From contig OZ024744.1 of the NCBI GenBank assembly GCA_964016885.1, forward strand, positions 83,824,001-83,888,000: 64,000 bases of DNA. The letters run 5' to 3'. Position 1 is the stretch's first letter, and each line of letters opens with the position of its first letter. The stretch comes from Eledone cirrhosa (lineage: Eukaryota). A program made the translations under genes and the position numbers. Positions 39,265 to 53,541 of this stretch are shown here, piece after piece. Below the pieces are notes generated by a model, which was not told where the DNA came from, searched no databases, and saw only the letters and a list, made by a program, of their open reading frames with translations.

Positions 39265-39733
39265 CAAAACTTTGATTGTTTCATATTTTGTACCCCCAGT
39301 CGAGAACGCAACGGCAATGCAATCCCCCAAACCAAGTAGGTTTACAGTATTAAAGATAGAGGCAGCAGTACATATTCATCCAAGATAAATAGGTCCCTTT
39401 TTGAAACTGCAATTTAATCAATGTATTTATGTGTCTTTTATATTTATTCGAATTTTACTTATTTATCCTCTTTCTTTATTCAACAAAAAGTTGTAATTTG
39501 TTTCGACTTCGTGAGAAGGAATAATACCAGGTAAATATCATACAATATCCTTATACAGTCACTAACTGTCACGCACCTACCCAACCTTTCATGCACAAGG
39601 TTGTTGGTGTTTCCACGTAACGCTGCCACACTACCCTTCAAACAATCTATCAAAGTATCTAAGCATATAGTGTTCAATATCTATGCCCAACCTAATGTTA
39701 TTTAGTCAATCTCATTGAAATTCTTCCCTCTCT

Positions 39734-39815
<82 letters not shown>

Positions 39816-40162
39816 CACTAACTAATTCATATCACTCATTTTTCTTTTACTTATTCTTCCTTCACGTTCTCAAACAACCCATTTCCTAGTTCGTTATATT
39901 CCCCCACAACGCTACAGTGCACGCATTAACCTTAACCATTCCTGATTTTCCTCATCGTCAGTTTCTTTTGTTTTTTATTCTTTTTTTCTTCCCTATATCT
40001 TTTCTTTTGGTTCCTGGATTTCATTCTATTCTTTTTCTTCTAATTTTTTTTCTTGTCTACACTTTCTTTCCTTTACAGATGAATGATAATTTCTCACATA
40101 AATTATATTCGTTAAACTATTATCTATCTACCTGCCTATCTAATTATATATCAATCTATCTA

Positions 40163-40255
<93 letters not shown>

Positions 40256-40504
40256 CATTTTAAAGGGTCCGTCGAGTTGCCGATCATTGAGTCGGGTAGG
40301 TTCGATACAGCTCGAACCTTGAGCTGATCAGTGGCGAAACGCGCGTCACCTACCAATAAATGTAATGAAGGAGTAACCAATCGTCCTTGTTATCCTTTCA
40401 ATATATTACACTCTGTATAGCTCTACACCTCAACACAGAAGTGAACCTAAACATCGAGTGCTCTCCTGGGTGAACCTACAGTAACTCCAAGTTACACCCC
40501 CTGG

Positions 40505-40546
<42 letters not shown>

Positions 40547-40807
40547 ATACATATATGTATATATACATATGTGTGTGTGTGTATGCATATACATAGTCTA
40601 TTTTTAGAACTGCTGAGCATTTTTCAAGTTATGATTTTAAAGTTAAAATAAACTTAAAATTAACACCTTCATCGAACGTGTTTTACTTTTTAATTTGTAC
40701 AGGCATATAAGCCTGCAGATGAAATAAAACGGACAGCATCAGCCTGATAACAATATCCATAGACGTATTTCAAACATATCCTGCAATTATATCATTTAAT
40801 ATTTGAG

Positions 40808-41022
40808 GGTTGGTAGAATTGGTAAAGCGTCGGATAAAATGCCGTTGTATTGTTTGTCCTCGCTCTTTACATTCTGAGTTCAAATCTCACAATAGTCAAC
40901 TTTGTCTTTTATCCTTCCAGGGTCGATAAAATAAAGTACCGGTCAAGTACTGATGTTGATTTAATCAAACTTTTCCTTCCCAGAAATTTGCTGACCTTGT
41001 ACCTAAATTAGAAATAATTATT
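40808..41022 (+). mobile_element. SINE, long subtype (diverged)
   Basis: tRNA-like head, B-box, central domain and extended 3' part. Confidence 0.75.
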
Positions 41023-41330
41023 AAAATAATCCTTTATAGTAAAATACACTCACAGCTTGGTTTTGTTTTCGCTTCAGTATATTTTATATTTGTATAAATG
41101 ATTTAGCTGGCATTCAAAGTTGATCATTAATTGACAAACAGCTAATCATTGATTAATTAACAGTTTATGATTGATTGACCAACAATAAAAAATATTAATT
41201 TCAACTGTTAGTCAATATATGATAAACATTGATTGCCAACTAAATTATAAAGAAATTATACAAATATACTGAAACAAAAACCCAACCCAACAGTGAGTGT
41301 GTTTTACTATATTTTTCTGGCAATAGTGGA

Positions 41331-41506
41331 TTGGCAGTATTGATAGAGGGTCGGACGCCATCTTTCGAGCATAGTTACGTCCCTTTACGGTCTGAGTTCA
41401 AATCCTGCCGAGGTTAACTTTGCCTTTCATCCTTACGGGGTCGATAAAATAAAGGACCAGTAATACACTGGGTAATTGCTGGCCTTGTGCCAAAAGTAGA
41501 AACAAT
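41331..41506 (+). mobile_element. Full-length tRNA-derived SINE
   Basis: Family consensus. Confidence 0.9.
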
Positions 41507-42739
41507 ATTAGAACATGACCCTCCCCAAATATAACAATATATGTTTCAACACAAAACATCACCTGTTGCAAAACAAAACATCACCTGTTTATCAGAGATT
41601 GGTTTTAAAGAAAAAATGCAATATATGCAAAACCTGTATACGAATAAAAATAGGAAAAGGGAAATTATTTGACATGACTATCTTTTTGTTTTTATGTAGT
41701 TTCAAAAATGTTTCTTAGGTTATTAACACTTCCGCAACTTTAATGGAAACCTTAACCACAATGATAGAAAAAAAAAGATGCACTAATGGTTAGTTTTAGT
41801 TGTACGAAAACATATTGCCATTTTAATATTACAGAGTTTTGTAGCATGATTGAAGCATTGTTGAATAGGAAACACAAATTTAAATTTTGAAAACCAAAAC
41901 AATGCATTATGAAGAATGTTAAATTGCCAAGATAACAAAAGCATCTTAACTTAAATATTAATCTAACGCATATACAAATGCAAACACAAATGAAATTTTT
42001 AACACAAACACACTCAAACATAACCATAGCCATAAATAGATTTGCATTTTGATTTCTAGGCATCTGTAACAATGATGCTTCTACTCCCTTAAATGAAGTT
42101 GTTTCGAGGGGGAATTGATATACTGCACCAATGTTATTTCGCCTCATAATGGAAATGAGAATTATATAGAATTCAGGACCAACGTCTAAGCGCAATATGC
42201 TCAAAGCAAAGTAAAATATATTTTTTATTCTCTGGCACAGAAATGATGAGTCGGTTGGTATTTGAATGATAAAACTATGAAAATCATGAGAATATGCTTG
42301 TCAATCATTGAAAAGGGTAACTCTATGCAGACTGACACAATAAATATTACATTTGTCATGCGGAAACTTATAATATCCTCACAAAAAATTGATTTGAAGT
42401 GCCATAATGACGTTAGTACTTACAAATATAGACAAGCTGAGTGCATTACTAGTTTACTTTATACTTATACCATCTAGTTGTTATATGTATACATAGCGAC
42501 TAACAATGAGTATATTTCTTTGCATATAATACTTTCATAGGTATTATTCTATATCTTTTATTCCATAAATCTTGCTATATATTATTCTAACAGCAACATA
42601 TTTACATCCGTATTGTTATTTCATTATTTTTTCATTATTTTCATTATATCTGTAATTCTAATTCAATTTGTGTTTCATTTTATCTGATATAAAGGCAGAA
42701 ATAACAGTGCGAACAAGCATCAGTATATAAGAGTAGGCG

Positions 42740-42805
<66 letters not shown>

Positions 42806-44237
42806 ATGTGTGTGTGTATGTGTGCATATATGTATATATATATATATATATATGCCTTTGGTATTGTACAGAATTAGATAATAATAAAATATAATTTTCA
42901 GATATTATAAGACATTGTTTATCACTTTGGTTTAAAAGACTATAATAATAATTAAATGTTCTTTATAATTTTAATCTAGTATTTTCATCTTTTTTACGAC
43001 ACTTATCAAGATAATATATTTAGTTATTAATGTTAATGAAAGAATAGTGGAACATGAAGTTCTCTATGTTTATTTTCGCATCTGTTTAAGTAGAGTCGTA
43101 ATGGTTTAGTTTCGGAGTTAATTTCTCTATGAAATATTATTTTCATTCTACTCTGTACTTTGGATCATCCCAGGAATATATAATTTGCTGTTTCTCAAAA
43201 TTGTTTAATGTTGGATGAGTGGGATTTTCGTTTATTTCGGTTTTTGTATCTGCTGTTTGTGTTGCAAACCCCTCGTCTAAGGTGCCACTTGCAGCAACGC
43301 TTTCTCCTGCCGCAACCTGGTGCAGTCTGCGACCAACCCAGGTTCAACTGCACTTCGGGATGAGGAGAGCAAACTCTCCAAGTACAGGTTACTCTCCGAC
43401 AGTGCAGACTTCCGGTGTCCATGGTCCTAATTACCACCATAGGTGCCGAGCTGGCCAGCCGCAGCGGTGAGCCTCGTTAGATGGAATGCCTCTTCCAGCG
43501 CACCTCCCTTACTTTCCTCCGGGGAAACGCCTTCTCCATTCTGTCCGCCGGGGCTGTGCGACGGCCACCAGGTGAGACCCCATTTACTCATAATACAGAG
43601 AGATGGGGAGGGCGAAAGAGATGGAGGTGATGACAGTGGGAGTTCGGCTTTTCCGTGTACCAGATTATTACAATACACTATGTCTATGAATCATATTTTT
43701 TACCGTAGGGGTATCTGACTTGTTCATACAAAGAGTTACCTGACTGACCAAAACAATATAGACAGACTATGCAATATTTTCTGTTTTGGAGTTCATTTTT
43801 ACATTTATTTTAAAGGGTTAATGTTTCTTTTTTAATTCTATGTCAGAATCAGACATCTGATAGTTGCAGATGTCACTACTACATGTCCCACATTTTAAAT
43901 CTCTACATGTTTTAAAGGAAAGTTTGAAAATATTTTTTGATGTAGCTTCTGCTCTTTTTAGTTGGTTTTTAAGGTTCTTTGACAAGCATTCGCCGGTGAT
44001 GATTGAAGTGCCTTTATTGTTTTATTAAGTTATATTATATTGTATGATATGGAGATGGAGGAGAAACAATCATACTGCACTATGTGATTGTCCAATCTTA
44101 ATCAAAAACGAATATATCCATATAAGTGATAGAGTTGGGATAGGTTCTGTCGAGTTTACATTTATAACACGCCGAGTATCACGACAGTGCTGTACGATGG
44201 TACCTTGCGATATCACACTGCAAAAGCACTGTGATGT

Positions 44238-44720
44238 GCAACGGCACCATGCGACGGCAACATGCAACGAAGCCCTGCGGCAGCACCCTGCGACGGCACC
44301 CTGTGGTAGCACCCTGTGACGGCACCTGCGAAGGCACTGTGTGACGGCACCCTGCGATTGAAACCAGTGACGGACTCCTGCAACGGCCCCTTCGACGGCA
44401 CCCTGCGACGGAACCCCGCGACGGAACCCTGCGACGGCACTCTGCGACGACTCTCTGCAGCGGCACTCTACAACGGCACTCTGCGTCGGCACTCTGCGAT
44501 GGCACTCTGCGAAGGCACCCTGCGACGGCACTGTGCCGTGCGACGGCACCTGTAACTGCACCCTGTGACGAAGCCATCCGACGGCACCCTGTGACGGCAC
44601 CATGCGAAGGCACCCTTCGAAGGCACCCTGTGACGGCACCCTGTGAACAAGCCCTGCGTCGGCACCCTGTGACGGCACCATGCGACAGCACCCTGCGACA
44701 ACGCCCTGCAACGGCACCCT
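44238..44720. repeat. GC-rich 13-bp minisatellite (GCGACGGCACCCT), roughly 37 degenerate units
   Basis: Direct reading of the recurring GACGGCACCCTG(C/T). Confidence 0.92.
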
Positions 44721-44779
44721 AAAACTCTAACTGTTGTCAATAACAATTGACGGGGAGGATGGATATATAAATATATGGG

Positions 44780-45340
44780 TTATTTATTGAATGAAACTTA
44801 TTGCAATCATCCAAAAAGACTAGGGAAGTTCCTTTAAATGATTACACGAAGAGGATGAAAAACTACTGGAAAGCAAATTTTTCCAACTACTTATACTTCA
44901 GTGTAGAATACTGTAATTAATATTATCAATAGTCAAGTTAATTTTGCCTTCGAGGAAAATGCTATAACATGAATCACGATGAAGCCAAAATCGATAACTA
45001 TAACACAGAGATTAAACTGCCGTCATTACATGGACAGTGTATGGAAAATCACCTGAGATGGAGTCGATAATTGGATATTGGCAGAGGAAGCTCGTATTTT
45101 ACAGGAAAGCCCTTGTCAACTATTTTCCAGAATACTATTGACACAAAGCTTGATGTGCCAAACTGGCTTGCATTTGTACGGACAACACTCGTGTCTGAGA
45201 ACCAGGAAACATTTCTAGCAAATAACTGCAGGTTCAAAGCATAGTTAGATGTAATTTTCAAACTACACGAATACGAAACAAATTACAGGATGTCTGGTAA
45301 GGAGTCTGATAGAAATGAAATGTCTGAGGTATTGCTCAAC
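44780..45340 (+). pseudogene. Degenerate R4/Dong-like non-LTR RT fragment
   Basis: KSP...IIGYWQRKL and PNWLAFVRTTLVSENQET...NCR resemble the P.WL..GRT.LIPK...NYRP region. It continues at 46150-46400. Confidence 0.55.
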
Positions 45341-46149
45341 AGATCCTTATCAACAAAGCTGTCAACAAAGCTACGAAGCAGCATTATTTCTGATAAAAAT
45401 AAAGTACCAGTAATACACTGGAATAATTGCTGGCCTTGTGCCACAAGTAGAAACAATTATATCTGTTAGTTTTGAAATTAAAAAAATTCTATTCAAGTAT
45501 CTTGGAACTGAATAATAGAATGAACTCTATAGATAATGAACATAACCACAAGGATATGGTCCGAACGTGGAAGAGCCGAACTCCCACTGTCATCGCCTCC
45601 ATCTTTCTCACCCTCCCCATCTCTCTGTATGGTGAGAAAATGCAGACCCACGTCCTGGCCTCCTGACAGCCCCGGCGGACAGGATGGAGGAGGCGTTTCC
45701 CCGGAGAATGGTAAGGGAGATGCGCTGGAAGAACCATTCCAACTCGCATTTCCAAGAGCATTTCCAAATCTGAATAACTAAATTATAAGGTGTTTTACTA
45801 TCTCTCTTCCTCGTGGATACTCGAGTCACTACACAAGGCATAGGAAACCTTTTTCGAGAAACACACGGCATGAGATATTGCTCATCATCAGGCGAGAGCA
45901 AAGCGCTAATTTATATTCGTGCCCACATTAAAAACAGGGTGGTAACTCAGGTTGTTTCTTCAGAATTCGTCCACGTTGTTTTCCTCGATCGTAAAAATGA
46001 TAGAAAGCTAAATTACGACTGAAAAGTTGGGGTTAAAAACTCAAAAAGATTTCACTTGGGTGACTTAGGCGAGCCATTCAGAAAGCTTCGCTGGCCGCAG
46101 GTTGCCCATGACTGCACTACACCATGCTAAATCTCCATCTGCCATAGCT

Positions 46150-46400
46150 GAAAACTGACTACAACATGGATATACACAGCTATCACTATTGAACCAATTA
46201 CTATAGTTACGAACCAAATTAAGATATCGACAGGAATATTCCAGGATGACAGCTTGTTTGTATTGCTGTTTTTCCTGACAATGAACCTTTTGTCGCTTAT
46301 GAAAACGCCAGGATTACGAGGAAAAAACTAATGTCACACACCTTTTTGTTGACAATTATATTCTATATTCAGGCAACACCAAGAAAGAGTTAGAGTTATT
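46150..46400 (+). pseudogene. Degenerate R4/Dong-like RT fragment (motif B/C region)
   Basis: IKISTGIFQDDSLFVLLFFLTMNLLS resembles GIFQGDSLSPL.F...NPLS, followed by a THLF.D-like segment. Confidence 0.55.
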
Positions 46401-46507
46401 CATCAATTTCTCGTAGGACAGGAGAATAGATGGTCAGGGAAAAGATACTCTCAAGAAAATAAATATGAATAGATATGACTTGTCTATCACCATTATCACC
46501 GATGCAT

Positions 46508-46600
46508 TGGCAGTATCGGTAGAGGGTCGAACACCATGCTTTTCAGCATAGAGTTACGGCCCTTTACGCTCTGAGTTCAAATCCCGCCGAGGTTAACTTG
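46508..46600 (+). mobile_element. 3'-truncated SINE
   Basis: Head through GTTAACTT only. Confidence 0.8.
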
Positions 46601-46888
46601 TTAATTTTTGCTACAAACGTTTTGGTATTACGTCAAACAAAGTTGTCTCTTCGTATAAAAGATCTTTCCATTAGCTACATACATACTGAAATGGTTTCCA
46701 TAAGCTAATGAATTATTGAGGTCTGGACGCTATTCTGGATTAAGGAACTGCACACCATGTTGTCGGCTGAATGGTGGTGGAACTTTATGGCCTACAGCTT
46801 CATCCGAATGAATATATTTATACATGTCAGTATCGAGTACTGTGGTGAGTAATAATCTAACCAATTTCTTACTGAATCCATCTTGATT

Positions 46889-46981
<93 letters not shown>

Positions 46982-46982
<1 letters not shown>

Positions 46983-47420
46983 GCACGCCGACGAGGCTTT
47001 GCTCTTCCTCTCAACCACATCATCTTCCGTATGCTCCCAAACACAGGAAGTCCTCAACCAATTCAACCGGCTTCCCGCCTACATTAGTAATCCCCTCTGG
47101 CTTCTCAACATTCTCTACCAGATATTTTGTTTTAGTCTCATTCATTCTCAGCCCCACACTCATCGACACAGTCTCAACATCCTGCATCAAATCCTCTGCC
47201 TCCTTCACTGTATTTGTCACCAAAACTATGACGTCGGCAAATGCAGCATCTGATATCTTTTGCGATGCTACAGTAAAGCCAGAGTCGTGGTGTTTCTCCA
47301 GTGCAAGGCGCATACAATAGTCCACTACGATGATAAAAAGGCAGGGAGCCAATGTATTTCCCTGGAGCACTCCAGCCAGTATCTCAAAGAACTCTGTGAT
47401 CCCAACAGGTGTAATGACTT
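46982..47420 (-). pseudogene. RTE-like RT internal fragment
   Basis: GVLQGNTLAPCLFIIVVDY, FADV, VGLRMNETKTKY, VEDFLCLG. Confidence 0.8.
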
Positions 47421-47584
47421 GAATTTTTATTTCATTGTTTTAACTTATATCATGACTCTGTTTTCCATTTGATGTTTTATTGTTTTTTTTCGGGAGTTAT
47501 TTTAAGCTACAACATTTTCAACATATGGATTACATTGAGTTCTTCATGCAGACTAGACCCCACAACTAACCGTGGATTATTGTG

Positions 47585-47720
<136 letters not shown>

Positions 47721-48829
47721 ATATATAAATATATAGATAGATGGACAGATATATATACTTATAGACATATATATATATATATACACCAAATGATTAAATA
47801 GACGCATTGTTTTCGCACACAAACCACAAGGCTTAATTTCACCTTCACATTTTTTATAGATCTTTTGGGGATATATCTTGTTGACATCGTTGTCTCATAT
47901 GCTCTTGCATACAATCTTATCCTTGGCATTTAATGGTATCATTTTAATTCAAGTGGTCTTCGTAGATTTCTATTTATATATTTCTGTTTCGATTATAAGG
48001 AAATATGTTACCAAACAGGTACCACCATTTCTTCTGGTAAAAAGATGGAAGCGTGACTGATAGGGTTTCGTAACCTTTCAAGACAGCCTGTCTAAAATTA
48101 TCCTTCAGAGCACAGGTGAGGGCTGGCGAGGAAGAGACAGATTAAAAAAATCCAGGTTCGACAACATTAAGGAATGAGATGTCATAACATTGTAACGTTT
48201 CTGTGTATGACGGTGAATTGAGAACAGTGATGGCTACTGACTGCGAAAACGTCTAAAGTGGCATTACTTCAATAACACCAATTGTCGTAACTTGATTGAT
48301 TGTAGATATCAATGCTTCATTGGCGCAAGATTACATTTAGTGACCTTAGCAACTATGGTTGTTGTAGGCTATGATTTGTCTGTTTCATTCATATTCAGGT
48401 TTTATAATGCTCTGACTAAGAGGGAGATGAAGCTATTTTAAGTTTTCTTTTGTTTGTGTTAAACTTTAACTACATCCATTAATCCTTTTTGAGCAATCAT
48501 CTAAAACCTAGCTCAACTTATTGACATGTCAAACTGAATTTCATTCAGCGTATATTTCTCATCCTTCTTCATGCCTGGTGATGAACAAGCGTTTGATATC
48601 ATCTGTTTCTGGATAGCGTATTTCATGGTTTATGAATAGCTTTCTAGTTTTATGAGACACACTTACTGCCATTTCTCATCCACTTTACTTTACTCGAGGA
48701 TTTATAGTAGAATTGGGATTGTATGACCATTAATCGCAGTTATGTTCCGTGAAAACAATTTCATTTGACCTCATTCGTCTTAGAGTTCTCCATCTACTTT
48801 ACTTGTTGAGAGTGTTGTTGGCGTTATAC

Positions 48830-48858
48830 TTGTTGTTGTTGTTGTTCTTGTTGTTGTT

Positions 48859-48900
<42 letters not shown>

Positions 48901-49205
48901 CTTCTTCTTCTTCTTCTTCTTCTTCTTCTTCTTCTTCTTCTTCTTCTTCTTCTTCTTCTTCTTCTTCTTCTTCTTCTTCTTCTTCCTGAGAGGATCGAGG
49001 GGGCAGAATTTTCAAACACTACTTCTAGCGGGTCTTTTCAGAAGCAACCACCTCCAAGTGATCCAGCTGGATCCCCAAGCGTGACCCGTCAGGCCCATGT
49101 ATGTTATCCAGCCACCTTGCTCGGTTTCTACCTCTGGGTCTTCTGCAGGCTAGTTTTGCCTGTAAAATATGTCCAGCAATTCTTTCCTGAGACATTCTAA
49201 CCATA
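48830..49205 (-). mobile_element. RTE-like LINE 3' end with (AAG)n(AAC)n tail
   Basis: MVRMSQERI...RRPRGRNRARWLD. Homologous to 61405-61640. Confidence 0.75.
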
Positions 49206-49569
49206 TTATCTGGTGTAAGTCAGTTCAGCTTTCGTAATTTTCTTGTTTTTATTTGTTTATAACACGCTTATAGTTACTGTTTTCTTATTTTCTTAGCTAT
49301 AAATAAGACACCTGATTTTGTACTTGCGAAGATCATCTTCCATTTTGTAAACTTTCGGGAGAGAAATCCACAAATCATTTCTGGATTGTTATTAAAAATA
49401 GGATCCACCTGGACAATATAGCGTTACCAGTTCAACATCACACCAAAAGACAACAGCAAAACAGATATATAAAGTTAATTATTAGAAAAGCCTGCTAAGG
49501 AAACAACCTCCAAAGAATATGGAATAATGTATGTGGACCTCCTCACTTCCCTCCCCTTTATCCATCATG

Positions 49570-50270
49570 ACCATAGTTAATGCATGTCACCTAGGATCGC
49601 CTTGAAATTAAGTCCACCTGCTCAATGACCTCAAATCACTAGATATAGATGTGATGGCTATCAGCGAGTCCAGACTTTCTGGTATGTAAGACTCCATGCC
49701 CATCTTCGTCGGATGCGAAATATACGTAGCTCCAATTTATCCGGGATCGCGAGACGATGTCGCTGTTTGTTTCCAAAACGTCTGGATCATACGATACGGT
49801 CAATCTTTCTTGGACCCAGAAGGTAAGTCGGTGGAGCTCTACATAACCAACAGTCAAGGCCTTCAGAATAGTAACCGTCTACGCCCTGACAGTGGCGGGA
49901 CAGCCAGATTTCTTCAAGCTTCTAAAGACCTTTCTAGGAACGTATCTCTGTTTGGTGATAGTAGGATATTAGAACGGTATATTTGATGCATTGTTGTAAC
50001 CGTTTGGCGCCAACCGATAAGAGTCTACATGCAACAATGTATTGCAAACCTGCTCAGACCTTTCCAACTGTATGACAGGTAATTATTTGATGTCGCGAAT
50101 GTGCCAATGTAGACATGGTGAAAAGCATTGGGTCATCCAGATCGTATCTAGACAGGGTTTTCTGTAGGTCAGTAGATAGGAATAGTGTAGGTTGTCCACA
50201 ATTTAATGAGGTTAATTTAGATAGTTTTTCGAAGGCAGGAGCTCGGTACTGGAAGCTGAACGCGTCACAG
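49570..50270 (+). pseudogene. Degenerate Tx1/L1-like APE endonuclease fragment
   Basis: DVMAISESRL, FLDPEGK, VYA, SYLDRVFCR and YWKLNA match the 16900-17700 ORF2 start. Confidence 0.75.
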
Positions 50271-51139
50271 ATTAGCGAATAGTGTAAGCCTATTCAGCTT
50301 CTACAATTAATGACTGTGAATAAACTTGTTGAAAGTGAGATGATAAATCTACATGTTTGATCAAACGAACAGATTGTTCATGGAATTAAAGAGCAAGTGA
50401 CTGAGCATACTGCAGACATGTGTAAGTAACCATGACACCATTCTTATGGAGATTCAGCGTGACACATTGAATTACAGGTACAACTCCTTTTCTTTTCTTT
50501 TTTTAATATGTAACAACGTGAAATAAAATGTCTTGCTCAAGAACATAACACACAGCCGACAATCGAACTCACAATCTTACGATCCTAAACCGAACAATTT
50601 AAGACATTTACCTTGAACGTCGAATATATAGACAGGCAAACTAAACCATATCCTTTTCTATAGGGAATGTACAAATAGTAAATAATGTGGAATGGGATGG
50701 GATGGAATGGGATGAGCATAGCTTCATTCTGTTTCTGTTAGTGTGTGTGTTTTTTTCTTCTCTTTCACTGTTTTTTCTTTATTTGTTTCATTTTACAAAT
50801 TTTCAATGACAACTAATTGTAATATATTTTTTTTTAAATTAAAATTTTCTTTTCGAACTTTAAACAATAAAAAAAATTGAAAAAAAACCTTACGAAACAA
50901 AACAAATAACAACAGTTATACAACAATACACAATCATAAATACATAGCAAAATCTACTTGGGGCAATGTAAAAAGTGTTATATTAAATTTTACTTCTTTT
51001 CATTTACTTTAAAAAATGTCTTTAAAATAATAATAATAATGAATAAAACAATAACAACTACAACGATGATGATGATAACAACAATAACAAGAATATTGAT
51101 AATTATTAATCAAGATGGCACTAATGACGATGATGACGC

Positions 51140-51173
<34 letters not shown>

Positions 51174-51211
51174 CATCATCATCATCATCATAATCATCAT
51201 CATCATCATTG

Positions 51212-51252
<41 letters not shown>

Positions 51253-51319
51253 GACATCATAATGATAATAATGTATGGGACAAGGATGATAAAGACGTTT
51301 ATGAATAATAATCTTGTGT

Positions 51320-51866
51320 CATTGACAGTAATCAGTAGAGGTTCGGACGCCATCCTTTGCGGCATAGAGTTACAGCCCTTCACGGTCTGAGTTCAAATCC
51401 CGCCGAGGTTAGCTTTGCCTTTCATCGTTACAGGGTCAATAAACTGAGTACCAGTAATGTACTGGGATACTTGCTGCCCTTGTGCCAAAAGTAAAAACAA
51501 TTATTATTATTGGGTCGATAAATAAAGCACCAGTAATAAACTGGGTCGATCCGAGGTTAGCTTTGCCTTTCATCTTTCCGGAGTTGATAAACTAAAGTAC
51601 CAGTAATACACTAGGGTCGATATAATCGACTTTCCCTTCCTCACAAATCCCTGGCCATGTACCTATACTATAAATCATTATTGCTATTGGCAGTATCGGT
51701 AGAGGGTCGGACGCCATGCTTTCTAGCATAGAGTTACGGCCCTTGCCATTCTGAATTCAAATCCCGCCGAGGTTAACTTTGTCTTTCATCCTTACGGGGG
51801 TCGATTAAATAAAGTACCAGTAATGTACTGTGTAATTGTTGGCCTTGTGTCAATAGTAGAAACAAT

Positions 51867-51867
<1 letters not shown>
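51320..51867 (+). mobile_element. Tandem cluster of three SINE copies or fragments
   Basis: Copies at ~51320-51505, 51510-51680 and 51687-51867. Confidence 0.85.
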
Positions 51868-51929
<62 letters not shown>

Positions 51930-51972
51930 CAGCAGTAGTAGTAGTAGCAGCAGTAGTAGTAGTAGCAGCAAG

Positions 51973-52070
<98 letters not shown>

Positions 52071-52087
52071 CAGTAGTAGTAGCAGTA
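51867..52087. repeat. (TAG)n/(CAG)n microsatellite at the SINE 3' end
   Basis: Direct reading. Confidence 0.97.
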
Positions 52088-52442
52088 ATATGAAAATCGG
52101 GGAGTTATAGAACTCATTCAAGGAATATTAATAAAGAAGGAATTATAATATTGTAGCAAACAGCTAAAAAGTAAATTAAATTAAATTATGTTAAAGCTCC
52201 TAATTTCTATCTAGACTTAATTAAGTTATGATGATTTGTCGTTTCGCCTATATATTTCTGCCTATTTCCTTTTTCACATCGCTTCGTCTCCCTGTCGATC
52301 TGTTCATTTACACACAGACTTGCACAAAATCAAGACACACATACACACACACACAAACACATACTCATATATATATACAGCGGTTATATTTATATAGGTA
52401 ATATGTATATATATATGCGTACACATACACACACACACTTTT

Positions 52443-52507
<65 letters not shown>

Positions 52508-53018
52508 TACATATATACATATATATATATTTATATATATATATACATATATATATATACATATATATATATGTATATATTGTATTCTTTAAATAAATTC
52601 CCTTCAAAACATTTTCTGACATTGAAAGTGGTAGATAGGAATAAATCGAAAGAAAGTATGTATGTATATATGTATATATGTATGTATTCATGCATGTATG
52701 TATATATGCATGTATGTATGTATGCATGCATGTATGTATGTATGTATGTATTATGTATGTGTGTATATATGTATGTATGCATAAATATAATTATGTATTT
52801 ATGCTTGTACGTATGCAGGCTTATATCAATTTATTAAGGGTAAACAAAAATTACAACCTAGACCCTTTTTCTGGACAGTCGTTTTTTGGTTACTGTGTTT
52901 CGAAAGGGATTGAAGATCGACGGGTGTCACCTGTTAAATATCAATGAGATGCTTTTAAAATTCTTGTGGAAAGTCAAAACAAACAACGAAACTATGGTAT
53001 CGTAGTGTAAATCATGTA

Positions 53019-53541
53019 CGGGGTGGGCCAGATTTCATGATTCACTTGATTATTTATAGATCTATTAACACAAAATATTATCAAACAAGTAAATAAATAT
53101 AATATAATATACAGGTATAAGATCATGTAGAAGATACGGTAAACACACAAATTTACACATTTCATTAATGCACTGCTTAGTTAAATCGGTTTTCCATTTC
53201 GTGGTCAACCTGGCCTCCTTCAGTTGCAACACAGGCTTGCAAATTTATTGAAACATATTGACATGCCTTACGACACATGTCTACCGGGATTGCTTCACAT
53301 TCTTGGATAATAACTTGTTTAAAGATGTTCAGGACTATTAATCTTGTGACAATAGACACGTCTTTTAAATAACACCACAAAGAAAGTCTGTTGGAGTTAA
53401 ATTAGCCGGCCACTCCACGGGCCCTCGCCTCCCAATTCAACGATTAGGGAAAAGAAATAAAATAATAAATTAAAACAATACTATAACAATAAAATAAGCA
53501 TGTTAAGAAATATAACTAACAATGAATTCTGGCCCACCCTG
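53019..53541 (-). mobile_element. Tc1/mariner-superfamily deletion derivative
   Basis: TIRs C(G/A)GGGTGGGCCAGA(T/A)TTCAT flanked by TA. Minus-strand remnant EWP...LTPTDF.LWCYLKD resembles WPxRSPDLTPxDFFLWGYLK. Confidence 0.85.

Noticed and set aside
44070-44746. Cys/Arg-rich ORFs up to 215 aa
   Set aside because: Products of a 13-bp tandem repeat, open in several frames.
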